From the human T2T-CHM13v2.0 reference genome, Homo sapiens, in NCBI RefSeq assembly GCF_009914755.1, contig NC_060928.1: a stretch of 64,000 nucleotides of DNA; one strand, given 5' to 3'. The notes below the pieces were generated by a model. The model had not been told where the DNA came from, ran no database searches, and was given only the letters and a program-made list of their open reading frames with translations. This document shows positions 12,795-26,348 of this stretch, in pieces (within the stretch, counting starts at the first letter, position 1; every line of letters begins with the position of its first letter). The translations under genes were made by a program, and so were the position numbers.

Positions 12795-13379
12795 TTGATT
12801 GAATTGTAAATTCATTTCATATTAAAAAATAGCTAAGCCCTCCATTTTAGCTTATACCCTATAAGTAAGACAGCCTTGTCTTCATATCATAGCTTATGCT
12901 AGAATCCTAACACTTTAAAGACTCAATACCAGAAGCTAACTTCTTTCTTCCTTCCTTCTGCCTTCTCTCTTCCTTCTCCCTTCCTTTTCCCAATTGCTAA
13001 CTAAATCTGAGTGACTCATCTGTCATTATGCTTCTCATATCTCCTCTTCTTTTTCATTCATGCCGCCATTGCATTAGTTGAGGTCATTATCAGCTCCTAC
13101 CACCAAGAGATCTGTCTGTGTCTCCCATTTCCTTTTTCCAGTTCTACTTCTCACTGCCAAGAGAGTGGGTGATACAAAAAAGTATAAGACACTCTAAAAT
13201 CTTGTAATGAAGTGGAGATGTCAAATAGACATTGTACATTCATGAGAAACAAATTACATGGGGGAATAAATACAAGCAAGGACTGCAATGGGAAATCAGA
13301 GAAAAAAGACATCACCTCCAGTGCAGGCAATCTGGGAATACTTCATAGAGGATGTGATTGATCAAAGCCTGGCTTTTAT

Positions 13380-15245
13380 CCATTAATTTATTCACTCACA
13401 AATGTTCATCCAACCAATATTTACTGAGCGTCCACTTTGAGCAAAGCATTGTTCTGGCCATTAAGACAGACCAATGCTTTGTTCAACAGCAGTGAAAAAA
13501 AAAAGATGAGACTCCCAGTCCTTATGGAGCTCACAATTCTAGTAGAAGACAAACAACAAAAAATATGTAAGTGAAATATGTAGTATATTAGAAGATTATA
13601 AATGCCATAAATAAAAATAAATCAAAGAAGGGAATAGGAAATGAGGAGTGTCAAAAGCATGATTAAAGAAGTACTTACTGAGGGGCAATAGTTAATCAAC
13701 TAAAGTACGGGTCAGCAAACTATGGCCCATAGGCCAAATCCAGCCCAAAACCTGCTCATATATGGCCAGTAAGTAAAAAGAGATTTTACATTTTTAATGG
13801 CTGAAAAAAATTAAAAGACAAATAATAATTCTTGACATGTAAAAATTATAAGAAATTCAACTTTTAGTGTTCATAAATAAAGTTTTATTGTAACCCAGCC
13901 ATACTTATTAATTTATGTATTGTCTATGGCTGCATTTGTGCCACAGCAACAGAGTTGAGAAAGTGACAGAGACCTTATTACTGCAAACCAAAAAATATTT
14001 GCCATCTGCCCTTTTTATAGAAATGTGCTGACCTTGAGTTAAAGAAAGTGAGAGAGAGAGACAGAGAGAGATGTATGTGGTTTTCTGGGAATGGAGCATT
14101 CCAGGCAGATGGAGCAGTAATACCAAGAGCCTGAAATGAGAATATGCCTGGCATGTTCAAATCTCAGCAAGGAGGCTGGCATGGCTGGAGTGAAAGGAGT
14201 AAGGGGAGAATAATAGCACATGAGGTCAGAGGAGTGACAGAGGCCAAGATCAATATCAGCCTCACTGGCCACTTTAAAAACTCAGCTTGTATTCCAGGTA
14301 AAAATAGAAAACCACTAGAGAATTTTGAGCAGAGGAGTGACATGATCCAACTTCAGTTTCAAAAGGAACACTGTGGCTAATATGTCTGAACAGAGATTGC
14401 AGATATTGAGAATGGAAGAAGGAAGATGGGTTAGGAAGCCATTGAAATAATTCTCATGAAATGATGATTTCTTGAACCAGGAAAATAATAGTGCAAGTGG
14501 TGGGAATTTGTCTGCTTCTAGCTATATTTTAAGGTAAAGCTGACAAGATTTGATAAAAGAGAAAAAAAATCCAAGGATGCCTCCAAACTTTTTGGCGTGA
14601 ATACATGGAGGATGGAATTGCTGTATCTGAAGATGGCGAAGAGTGTGGTTAGAGCAGGTTTTAGGAAAAGTTTGTTTCAATTGTATACACATTAATTTTG
14701 AGATGCCTCCTATAAATCTCAGTGAAGATGTCAACTAGGTGGTTAGAATATGAATCTTGGAATTCAGAAAAAGTGGTCTAGATGGAAATAAAAGTTTGGA
14801 AGTTGTCAACGTAGAGATGATATTTAAAGCCATGAAACAGGATGAGCAAGAGTAAATAGAGAAGGAAAGAGCACAAGGGCTGATCCCTAAATGACTCAAA
14901 CATTGAGAGGTCATAGAGAAGCAGAGGAATTGACAAAGGACACTAACAAGGAGCAAAAAAGAAGCTTAACACCAGGAAAATGCGGTGCCTTAAAGCCATG
15001 GGAAGGAAGTGCTTCTAGGAGGAAGGAGTGATAACCCATGTGGAAGGTCCCTGATAAGTCCAGAATGATGCATTGATTTATGCATTTCACAACAGGGAGG
15101 TCTTTAATGACTTTGTCTAGAATACTTTTTGTAGGGGAGAACAAATTAGTGTGGTATTAAGACAGAATAAGAGAGAATTGGGGAGAAAAACAAATATACA
15201 CAACTCTGCCAAGGTATTTTGCAAAAATGGGAGTGATTAGGGACA
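13380..15245 (-). mobile_element. L2a remnant, interrupted by MER58
   Basis: L2 3' end reverse complement (CAATATTTACTGAGCG), followed by long purine-rich L2-like sequence. Confidence 0.8.
13706..14035. mobile_element. MER58B-like hAT-Charlie DNA transposon
   Basis: GGGTCAGCAAACTATGGCCC...TGCTGACCTTG terminal inverted repeats. Confidence 0.85.
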
Positions 15246-15461
15246 GAGTTTGGATAAAAAGGAAGGAGAGAAATATTCTACTTGGCACAAGTAGCCAGAG
15301 CCTCATTTTCAAATTCAAGATTCCTTTATTAATTACACAGATTGTCTTCTTTTAAATATTTTTCTAAAAATAGTTCATTTTCTCTCTTAACTTCTTTATA
15401 CATTGGTTCCTTACCAGATCCCTTCAGAATAGTTCCCCAAATAAACAGTGACCACCAGAAC

Positions 15462-15800
15462 TATATATATATGTGTACACACACACATATTTGTGTGAGT
15501 GTGCATGGATACATCTATACATATGTGCATGTATGTTCATATATAAAACATGTACTTATATGTATATGGCATTTCACCTTTTTATGACCATTACTTTTGT
15601 CTCTGACATGAATTCTGAAGGAATCTCTCTGTCTCTCTCTATATATACATATATATGTTTATATATATTTACCTGTGTAAATATGTATGTGTATATATGT
15701 ATGTATTCACATTTATGTATCACATGTATAAAACATACTCATGTATACTATATATACATGAGTGTATGTGTATGTTTGTGGAGAGAGAGAGAGAGATTTG
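15462..15800. repeat. Low-complexity TA/CA/TG/GA repeats
   Basis: Seen directly. Confidence 0.85.
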
Positions 15801-16055
15801 AGATTGAGAGAAAGGTCCCTTCAAGATCCATTTAAGATGTGAAGGTGATGCTCAAAAAAAAAGATCGATTGTTTCTCAAAATAAAAGAGTCCTTTGGCCA
15901 GTGACCTGATACTTATTGCCCACTTTGTATCCAGCAGTGTTCTAGGCCCTGGAAATTTAGAAATGAACAGTACAGACCTAGCCTCGTCCTATCCTCTGGG
16001 ATGACCTACAGAATCCTCGAAGCAGTAGGGTGTTCCATCACTGAGTCAAGCTAGA

Positions 16056-16257
16056 GCTGTGTGTCTCAAACCTGGGAAAGATTCTGTCTCTTAGGAAATA
16101 TTTAATCATTTCTGGGGATATTTTTATGGTCATGATTAGGCGGATGCTGCCAGATTTCAGAGATGCTGCTAAACATTCTATAATACATAGCTCAGCCCCA
16201 CACAACAAAGAGATTTCTGGTCCAAAATGTCAATAGCATTGAGGATGGGAAACCCTG
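16056..16257. mobile_element. MER20 DNA transposon
   Basis: GATGCTGCTAAACATTCTA...CAAAATGTCAATAG...GAAACCCTG. Confidence 0.85.
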
Positions 16258-18063
16258 AGCAACAGGATATAGGGAGAGCCGTATTCTCTGAGCTTACTAT
16301 TATGTAATACTACTTCACTATCTTTCTGCATTAATTCAAAAACGATATATTTTAAAGAGGATAATAAGCAGACTGGACAGTGGAAAATAAAACAGTATAT
16401 ATTGGAACAGGATGCTAGGGACCTATTATGAGTGTTTTGAATCCTGACCAAAAGACCTACTACTAACTAGTTGACAGTATTGGTAGATGACCAAGGAATG
16501 AACAGGAGAAATTTTCGAGGCTTACTTTATATGCTTCATAATTTTACCAAGCCTTGAGAGAAATTGTGTCTCTGAGATGGGCTGCTCTCTGCAAAGCAAG
16601 GATTTCTCCACAAGGAACAATATCAATTATCTATCAGAATATTGGATTCTGATGGTTCAACTCACTGTAGAGATTTGGATTTAGGTTAGAACAAATATAA
16701 GGCCTGCATGCAGCAGCATCAATCTGGACAGCGTAAATGAATGAAGTTACTCAGCCAGCTTCATGAGAAAACAATCAACCTATTCTGTTCCTAAACCAAG
16801 CAATTAGAGATATAGATGGCTAATGCAATTCTGTGTGTCAAAAAAAGGAACACAACTTTCCAGTTTCTAAGGTAGATAAAGTTATTCTCTACTCTTCTTC
16901 ACTGCCCAAGTAGTGGCAGAAATGGAATGCCAGATAGCTTAAGCAAAAAGGGAAATTGATTCACATAAATAGTAAAACCTAGAACTTTAGAGGATAATCT
17001 CTGGATGAATCTAGGACCTCAAATAATATTCTCAAGGAGGGCTTGGTCTCTTTCTAGCCATACTTGTTCTCAGTCTCTGCGGGGTTCCATTTTTTCCTGC
17101 TTTATCCACACTTTTTCCTGTGGTGAAGAAGATGGTGGCAAAAAAAAATCAGGCTATTTCTAGCCAAATTAATTTTATTCAACATAGTATAAAGTTTATG
17201 AATCTCAACTAACAAAGAGATCTTTAACTTTTACTTCCCTGTAGAAATATAATTTTTTATAAATCCTAAGTGTTTTACTGCATAAATACTGGTACTTCTA
17301 TCAAATTATTGATATCATTTTAAATATCCTCTGTGAGGCTCACTGACTTATGACAAGTATGATTCCCTTGCCCCTGATGACAGTGGAAATGCCTCTTTCT
17401 TAGCTGAGTGTTAGGAAGGCCTTCCTACCCTGCTGACCACAAAGCAAACTTTGGAAGCATCTTGGATTTTACTCAGTTGTAAAAATGCCTCTAAGTGTAA
17501 CATGTTGAGAAACCTGGATGTGGTGGTCCCCACATCTAGATGTCAAATTCTCATTTTCTTTCTTCCTGTCATGCAATTCCTATGAATGCCTATGTCTTTC
17601 TTGTCTTTAAATTCTGAGTCTGTAAACTTGTTTCCATGGCAATGAACACAGGAAGCCCTAAATTTACATTTTTTCCAGGTTGGCAACCCCAAAAGAAGGT
17701 GATCTCTCCTAACTTCCCTATAGCAATCCCCCAAAATAATCTAATTTTCCAGAATCACCCCTGGACCAATCGCTGGCTAAAGGATGGCAGTAGTCTGGAT
17801 TATGTCCCCAACACTACATGGAATTAGGACTCTATAATTGACAGCCCTTCAACAACCACGGGAGTGATACTGAGCAGACAAAATCAAGATATGTGCACTA
17901 TAATCTTCAAATTATTCATTGATTGAAGTAAAACTAGACAGTATGCCTTTCTTATTGACAAAAAGAATATTTTGATTTCCATTACTTCCCACTATGGGAA
18001 AAATTAAATACTAAGGTAAGAACCCCCCCCCCGTTTTTTTTTTTTTTTTAGTATTTTACAACT

Positions 18064-18210
18064 AAAAGGGATCTTACAAAATCTAGTCCAACCCCTCACA
18101 TTACACTTGAGGAAACAGTGAACCAGAGAATTGAATTGGCATGATTTAGGGTGAAGCTAAAACCATGCTAACATCCCTGGATCCCTAAACCATTGGGCTT
18201 TACTCTATAC
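18064..18210 (-). mobile_element. MIR3/MIR remnant
   Basis: ATCTAGTCCAACCCCTCACATTACAC..GAGGAAAC. Confidence 0.6.
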
Positions 18211-18613
18211 AAGCCTGTTACTCAAATGAAGATAACAACTAAGAGATCATTTCCATCATGACAGGGCCTATAAAATGTGTATAATGTTAAATGATTTAAT
18301 AATTCTTTACCATACATTTTAATACTAAATATCAATTGCTTGGCAACTTCAAGGTGCTGAACACCATGGTCATAAACAATTAACACAATATCAGAGGAAA
18401 TCATACTGAATTTTTTTAACTCATAAAATGTTAATATGGGACTACATCTTAACTTCTAAATGCAAATCAAATGCAACACTATCTGTATGCAATTTCTTTT
18501 GTTTGTTTTTTGTTTTTTGTTTTTATTGCAGACTGTGGTTCTGTACTGCTCCAGGAAGCATTTTTCACACTGGGATGGAATTATGGAACCTATGCCCCTG
18601 CTGGTAACTTCTG

Positions 18614-19356
18614 TTTTTTTTCTTTTTTATTATTATTATTATACTTTAAGTTCTAGGATACATGTGCAGAACATGCAGTTTGTTACATAGGTAAACACAT
18701 GCCATGGTGGTTTGCTGTACCCATCCACCCGTCACCTACATTAGGTATTTCTCCTAATGTTATACCTCCCCCAGCCCCCCACCCATTGACAGGCCCTGGT
18801 GTGTGATGTTTCCCTCCCCGCATCCATGTGTTCTCATTGTTCAACTCCCACTTATGAGTGAGAACATGTTGTGTTTGGTTTTCTGTTCCTGTGTTAGTTT
18901 GCTAAGAATGATGGTTTCCAGCTTCATCCATGTCCCTGCAGAGGACACGAACTCACCCTTTATTATGGCTGCATGGTATTCCATGGTGTATATGTGCCAC
19001 ATTTTCTTTATCCAGTCTATCATTGATGGACATTTGGGTTGGTTCCAAGTCTCTGCCATTGTGAATAGTGCCACAATAAACCTAAGTGTGCATGTGTCTT
19101 TATAGCAGAATGATTTATAATCCTTTGGGTATATACCCAGTAATGGGATTGCTTGGTCAAATGGTATTTCTGGTTCTAGATCCTTGAGGAATCACTCACT
19201 GTCTTCCACAGTGGTTGAACTAGTTTACACTCCCACCAACCGTGTAAAAGCATTCCTATTTCTCCACATCCTCTCCAGCATCTGTTGTTTTCTGACTTTT
19301 TAATGATTGCCATTCTAACTGGTGTGAGATGGTATCTCACTGTGGTTTTGATTTGT
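18614..19356 (-). mobile_element. L1PA (about L1PA7-10) 3' end, 5'-truncated
   Basis: T-rich tail, L1 3'UTR and ORF2 C-terminal peptide (WNQPKCPSMIDWIKKMW). Confidence 0.95.
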
Positions 19357-19628
19357 ATGCAATAAGTTTTTAAAGACCTTTGAAATTGAAAACTTGATTA
19401 CAAATCAGTTGCTAGTTTATCTAGTTTATACTGAAAGCACCAGCAAAATTATTGTTAAAACACCACTATATTTTTAGAAGACAGACGAAATTCAAAATAT
19501 CATTGCATGATATAAGAAGAGAAAGCAAAATGTCGCGAAAATTCAAAGGTAGCCAGCTCGGTTTTCCTGATGACTAAAGCCAGGGAAGATACACCTTATT
19601 ATTTAGGTAATTATATATTTTTTTCTAT

Positions 19629-19922
19629 CTTTTTTTTTTTTGAGACAGAGTCTCACTCTGTCACCCAGGATGGAATGCGGTGGCACAATCTTGGCTCACT
19701 GCAACCTCCACCTCCTGGCCTCGAGCGATCTTCCCACCTCAGCCTCCCAAGAAGCTGACCACAGACATGTGCTACCAGGCCCAGCTAAGTTTTTGTATTT
19801 TTGGTAGAAACAGAGTTTCACCATGTTGCCCAGGCTGGTCTCTAACGCCTAAGCTCAAGTGATCCACCAGTCTTGGCCTCCCAAAATGCTGGGATTATAG
19901 GCATGAGCCACTGTACGTGGCT
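19629..19922 (-). mobile_element. AluJ
   Basis: Diverged Alu with GCTCAAGTGATCC. Confidence 0.9.
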
Positions 19923-20096
19923 TTTCTAGCTTTTTTTTAACAAGGTGCTGCTTATTGCCCCTCTCAACTTATTTTATAACCAAGAAATCAAAGCTAAATA
20001 GAGGCAGACTGATATTCAGCAGCTCCCCTCCAGCTTAGCAGAACTGGGTGTTCACAGTATCTCTTCTAGTTGGTTGATTTCAGTGCTGTACCAGCT

Positions 20097-20622
20097 TGAT
20101 GATTAATTTTATATGTCAACTTGAGTGGGCTAAGGGATGCCCTGATAGCTGATAAATACATTATTTCTGGGTATGTCTGTGAGAGTGTTTCTGGAAGAGA
20201 TTAGCATTTGAATCAATAGTCTGAGTAAAGAAGATCCATCCTCACCAATGTAGGCAGGCATCATACAATCTGTTAAGGGCCCAAATGGAACAGAAAGGCA
20301 GAGGAAAGGTCAATTCTCTCTGTCTAATTGGTCTTGGATATTCCTCTTATCCTTGGATCTCCTGGTTCTTAGGCCTTTGGACTCCAGGTCTTACACCAAC
20401 TCTCTCCTAACCCCCACCCCTTCTCAGGCCTTCAGACTCAGACTAAATTGCACCACTGGCTTTCGTGGTTCTCCAGCTTACAGATAGCATATCATTGAGC
20501 TTCTCAGCCTCCATAATCATGTGAGTCAAGTCCCATAATAAACCTCCCCTTATCTGTCTATCTATCTATCTATCTGTGTGTGTGTGTGTGTATATATATA
20601 TTTATGTATGTGTGTATATATT

Positions 20623-20672
<50 letters not shown>

Positions 20673-20712
20673 TATCCTATTGGTTCTGTTTCTCTAGAGA
20701 ACTCTGGCTATG
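20097..20712 (+). mobile_element. MLT2 (ERVL) LTR with internal TATC/TG/TA microsatellites
   Basis: TTAATTTTATATGTCAACTTG start and TTGGTTCTGTTTCTCTAGAGAAC end. Confidence 0.9.
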
Positions 20713-20859
20713 GTATATTGTGTTAGTACTGCCTAATTCTCCAGGTGTTAAGTATTTTTAGATCATATTTGTATACAGAAATGAGTTAAAATACTAAGAC
20801 AATTAATATCAAAGTATAGAATTAAAAGACATCTGGCCTTCAACAAAATTGAGACTTTG

Positions 20860-21211
<352 letters not shown>

Positions 21212-22239
21212 TCATGCCCAATGAGTCTCCTAATTGTTTCTCCTCATGCTCTGTGAAATCAAGCTCTCTTCACTTCTCCATCTCCCCACAAACACTGTCA
21301 CAGGTAAAAATATGAAGCTTAGCCAGAATAAGGTATAAACAACAGGTAACAATTAATGTTTTATACCTCCCAAGGAGTCCTGCTTATGAGCCAGGGACAA
21401 AGCTTACCCAACACAACAGGTATACTGAGTTATTTATTGAATAAATGTTTACTGAATGAAGATATCTACTGAATAAAGAATAAATGAACAACCTGTAGGA
21501 GAGTCATTTTGGAAAATAACAGCCCTTTTCAATGTCTTTAAAATTATACACATGAGAGGTGCCTACTCAATCTATATAAAAACCCAATTTCAGCCAAAAT
21601 CTCTTCTCACAAACTCTGTGAGGTTGCATCAAAATGAAAAAAAAAATGAGAAGTATGGCTAATCTCCTTCCATAAATTCTTCAGCTCTGAAACTGCACTT
21701 AGAAAATCTAAACCTAAGAGGAAGGCTTCACCTATCTGACTCCCTATCTCAAGAATAACTCTTTAGCAATATGTCTAGAATAGCTATGGGTTTATTTCTT
21801 ATATTTGTTGTTATTCCAGGTTCTCAACCAGATTCTCAACCTGATTCAAATATTCAAATATTGTTTGAACCTCAAATATTGTTTGAACCTCATATGCCAG
21901 AAATGTTTTTAATAGCAGTCTCTTCAGTGTGACTCACAAACAAGATCTACACTAGGCCTGGGCAGCTAATGCTGCATCAGGAACATGAGCTAGCGAGAAC
22001 CATAGGAGTTTGTCTCAGGGTGGGGCACAGAAGACGGTGACTGAGTGTGGAGGCAAAGGGCTGGGACAGTGGTTTGGATCTCAGCTGGTACAGGCTGACA
22101 TAATGAGCTACAGAAGCTACAGAGGCCAATTTTCCTGCCTGTGAGGACAGACTGCTCTCCAGAAGAAAGCACGAGCTATTTTACAGCTGTTTGAGCAATT
22201 TTTGAAATCCTCATTGCAATACCCAAGATGACCATCCAT

Positions 22240-22465
22240 TATAAAATACTACTCCATCCCTACCATCACTCTTTGTCCCCCTTGTCCTGCTTAATATTTC
22301 TTGGTTAGCACTCCTGATGTCTTACTTGTTCTTTGTTTATCTCCTCCCATAAGAATGTAAACTACATAAGAACAGGGACTGTTTTATTCACTGCTCTATA
22401 CCCAGTGCTTGGAACACAAAAGTACTTGATAAAAAAATTTAAAAAAAGAATAGTTGAAATGAACA
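22240..22465 (+). mobile_element. L2 3' end
   Basis: AGAATGTAAACTACATAAGAACAGGGAC...CCCAGTGCTTGGAACA. Confidence 0.75.
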
Positions 22466-22822
22466 GAAAATGCATTAACTATGGCACTGAGACAGTACCC
22501 TGATTCTTGGGTTCATCACTGTCATCACCAGAAATAAAGTAATCAGTTTCTTACAAAACTAAATATACTCTTACCATAAGCTCCAGCAATTGCACTCTTT
22601 GGTATTTACCCAAAGGAGCTGAGAACTTGTGTCCACACAAAAACCCACACAAGAATGTTTGCAGCAGCTTTATTCATAAATGCCAAAACTTAGAGGCAAC
22701 CAAGATGTCCTTCAGCAAGTGGGTGGATAAATTGTGATACATCTAGACAATGGGATAATATTTAATGCCAAAAAGAAATGAGCCATCAAGCCATGAAAAG
22801 ACAAGGAGGAAGCTTAAATGCA

Positions 22823-23120
22823 CTTTTTTTTTTCTTTTGAGACAGAGTCTGTCTCTGTCACCCAGGCTGGAGTGTGGTGGTACAATCTTGGCTAACTGCA
22901 ACCTCCGCCTCCTGGGTTCAAGCTATTCTCCTGCCTCAGCCTCCTGAGTAGCTGGAATTGCAGGCACGTGCCACTAAGTCCGGCTCATTTTTGTATTTTC
23001 AGTAGAGACAAGGTTTTGCCGTGTTGGCCAGGCTGGTCTCAAACTCCTGACCTCAAGTGATCCACCCACCTCAGCTTCCCAAAGTGCTGAGACTACAGGC
23101 ATGAGCCACTGCACCTGGCC
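22823..23120 (-). mobile_element. AluSx/Sz inserted in L1MC
   Basis: Full Alu reverse complement flanked by duplicated TTAAATGC. Confidence 0.93.
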
Positions 23121-23425
23121 TTAAATGCTTATTACTAAGTGAAATAAACCAATCTGAAAAGGGAACATATTTTTTATTCCAACTGCATGACATTCTAGAA
23201 AAGGCAAAACTATGGCAGCAGTAAAAACATCAGTGGTTGCCTGAGACTGGGGCTGGGGAGAGAGATAAATAGGCAGAGCATTTTTAAGGCAGTGAAAATA
23301 CTCTGTGTTATGCTATAGTCAAGGATACAGATCATTACACATTTGTGCAACTCCCTAGAAGGTACAATACCAAGAACCCTAATGTAAACTATGAACTTTG
23401 GGTGATGATGATGTGTCAATGTAGG

Positions 23426-25633
23426 TAATATGGTTTGACTGTGTCCCTGCCCAAATCTCATCTTGAAATTGTAGTTCCCATAATCCCCATGTGTTGTGGG
23501 AGGGAGGGACCCAGAGGGAGGTAAATGAATCTTTGGGGCAGTTACCTCCATGCTGTTCTCATGATAGTGATTGAGTTCTCACAAGAATCTGATGGTTTTA
23601 TAAGAGGGTTTTCTCCCACTTTGTTCTGCACTTCTCTTTGCTGCCACCATGTGAAGAAGAATGTGTTTATGTCCCCTTCCACCATAATTGTAAATTTCCT
23701 GAGGCCTCCCCAGCTCTGTGGAACTGAGTCAATTAAACCTCTTTCCTTTATAAATTACCCAGTTTTGGGTAATTCTTTATAGCAGCATGAAAACAGACTA
23801 ACACAGTAAATTGGTACCACAGAGAGTGCTGCACTGCTGTAAAGGTACCCAAAAATGAGGACTTTGGAACTGGGTAACAGGCAGAGGTTGGAACAGTTTG
23901 GAGAGCTCAGAAGAAGATAGGAAAATGTGGGTAAGTTTGGAACTTCCTAGAGACTTGTTGAATGGCTTTGACCAAAATGCTTAGAGTAATATGGACAATA
24001 AAGTCCAGGCTGAGGTGGGCTCAGATGAAGATGAGGAACATGTTGGGAACTGGAGCAAAGGTTACTTGTGTTATGCTTTAGCAAAGAGTCTGGTGGCATT
24101 TTGCCCCTACCCTAGAGTTCTGTGGAACTTTGAACTTAAGAGTGATGATTTAGGGTATCTGGTCAAAGAAATTTCTAAATTGCAAAGCATTCAAGTGGAA
24201 GTGGAGCATAAAATTTTGAAAAATTTGCAGCCTGATGATGTGATAGGAAAGAAAATCCCATTTTCTGAGGAGAAATTCAAGCCAGCTGCAGAAATTTGCA
24301 TAAGTAATGAGGATCCAAATGTTAATCACCAAGACAAAGGGGAACATATCTCCAAAGCATGTCAGAGATCTTCCCAGCAGCCCCTCCCATCACAGGCCTG
24401 AAGGCCTAAGAGGGAAAAATGTTTTCCTGGGCCAAGCCCAGGGCCCCCCGCTGTGTGCATTCTTGAGACTTGGTGTCCTATGTCCCATCTGCTCCAGCCA
24501 TGGCTAAAAGGAGCCAAAGTACAGCTCAGGCTATGGCTTCAGAGGGTGCAAGCCCCAAGCCATGGCAGCTTCCACATGGTTTGGGCCTGTAGGTGTGCAG
24601 AAGACAAGAATTGAGGTTTGGGAACCTTCACCTATATTTTAGAGGATGTATGGAAATGTCTGGAAGTCCAGGCAGAAGTCTGCTGAAGGGATAGAGCCCT
24701 CGTGGAGAACCTCTGCTAGTGCAGTGCAAAGGGGAAATGTGGGGCTGGAGCTCCCACATGGAGACCCCACAGGGGCACAGCCTAGTGGAGCTGTGAGAAG
24801 GCCACCCACCGTCCTCCAGACCCCAGAATGGTAGATCCACTGACACCTTGCACCATGCACCTGGAAAAGCCACAGACACTCAATGTCAGCCATGAAGGCA
24901 GCTGGGAGGGAGGTTGTACCCCTGCAAAGCCACAGGGGTGGAGCTGCCCAAGGCTGTGGGAGCCCACCTCTTGCATCAGTGTGACATGGATGTGAGACAT
25001 TGAGTTAAAAAAGATCATTTTGGAGCTTTAAGGTTTAATGGATTTTGGACTTGCATGGGGCCTGTAGCCCCTATGTTTTGGCCAATTTCTCTTTTGATTT
25101 TACAGGCTCATAGGTGGAAGGGAATTGCCTTGTCACAGATGAGCTATGGACGTGGACTTTTGAGTTAATGCTGGAATGATTTAAGACTTTGGGGGACTGT
25201 TGGAAGGCATGATTGTATTTTGAAATATGAGGACATGAGATTTGGGAGGGGTCCGGGGTGGAATGATATGGTTTGGCTGTGTTCCCACCCAAATCTCACC
25301 TTGAATTATAGTTCCCATAATCCCCACATGTCTTGGGAGAGACCCAGTGGGAGGTAATTGAATCATGGGGGCAGTTACCTCATGCTGTTCTTGTGATAGT
25401 GAGTGAGTTCTCATGAGATCTGATGGTTTTATAAGGGGCTTTTCCCCACTTCGCTCTGCACTTTTCCTTGCTGCTGCCATATGAAGAAGGATGTGTTTGC
25501 TTCCCTTTCTGCCATGATTGTAAGTTTCCTGAGGCCTCCCCAGCCCTGCTGGGGAGTCAATTAAACTTCTTTCCTTTATAAATTACCCAGTCTCAGGTAT
25601 TTCTTCATAACAGCATGAGAATGGACTAATACA
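23426..25633 (+). mobile_element. Two-LTR THE1C-like MaLR (LTR 23426-23805, internal region, LTR 25264-25633)
   Basis: Two homologous LTRs, THE1-int between them, TSD GTAGG/ATAGG. Confidence 0.93.
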
Positions 25634-25956
25634 ATAGGTTCATCAATTGTAACAAATATACCACTCTGGTGAGGGGTGTTGACAATGGGGAAGGCTAAGC
25701 ATGTGTTCAGGAAGGGAATATATAGGAAATCTCTATACCTTTCTCTCAATTTTTCTGTGATTCTAAAACTGCTCTAAAGAAATTGTCTTAAAAAAATAAA
25801 TAAAGCAGCCTCTCTTGCATTATCACTAAAGAACTTTAACTTTGCTTAGTCTGCCCACTACTACTTTTGATATACTTCTTGGCAAAACTTTAGGAAAGAG
25901 ATTTGATCTGGGAGCCCAGCTTTACTCATTATGTCACTATTTCCAACTTACTTCTA

Positions 25957-26348
25957 TTATATGGTTTGGCTCTGTGTCCCCACCCAAATATCATGTTTAA
26001 CTGTAACCCCCAGTGTTAGGGGAGGGAGCTGGTGGAAGGTGATTGGATCATGGGGGTGAATTTCTCCCTTGTTATTCTCATGATAGTGAGTTATCACGAG
26101 ATCTGGTTGCTTTAAAGTGTGTTGCACTTGCCCTTTCATTCACTCTCTCTCTCTCATGACTCTTATGCCACCATGTGAAGATGATGTTCTTGCTTTTCCT
26201 TCACCCTTCTGCCATAATTGTAAATTTCCTGAGGCCGCCCCAGACATGCCTCCTGTACAGCCTGTGCAATTGTGAGTCAACTAAACCTCTTTTCTTTATA
26301 AGCTACCCAGTCTCAGGCAGTTCTTTATAGTAGTGTGAGAATGAACAC
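25957..26348 (+). mobile_element. MSTA-like solo LTR
   Basis: ATATGGTTTGGCTCTGTGTCCC...GTGATTGGATCATGGGGG...TTTATAGTAGTGTGAGAATG. Confidence 0.88.

Larger units (their letters stand above)
22545..25803 (+). mobile_element. Old L1 3' end (L1MC1-like), split into 22545-22822, 23121-23425 and 25634-25803
   Basis: L1M 3'UTR phrases run continuously across the Alu and THE1 insertions. Confidence 0.85.

Noticed and set aside
15342-15835. 81-aa and 120-aa Y/I/C-rich ORFs
   Set aside because: Products of TA/TG dinucleotide repeats.
16880-17170. Possible old LTR fragment (LTR33/MLT1-like)
   Set aside because: Too diverged to assign family, strand or boundaries by eye.
23991-24401. 136-aa ORF, with homologues at 11090-11314 and 53434-53826
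   Set aside because: Remnants of the MaLR THE1 internal ORF. The homology reflects repeat copies, not a gene family.
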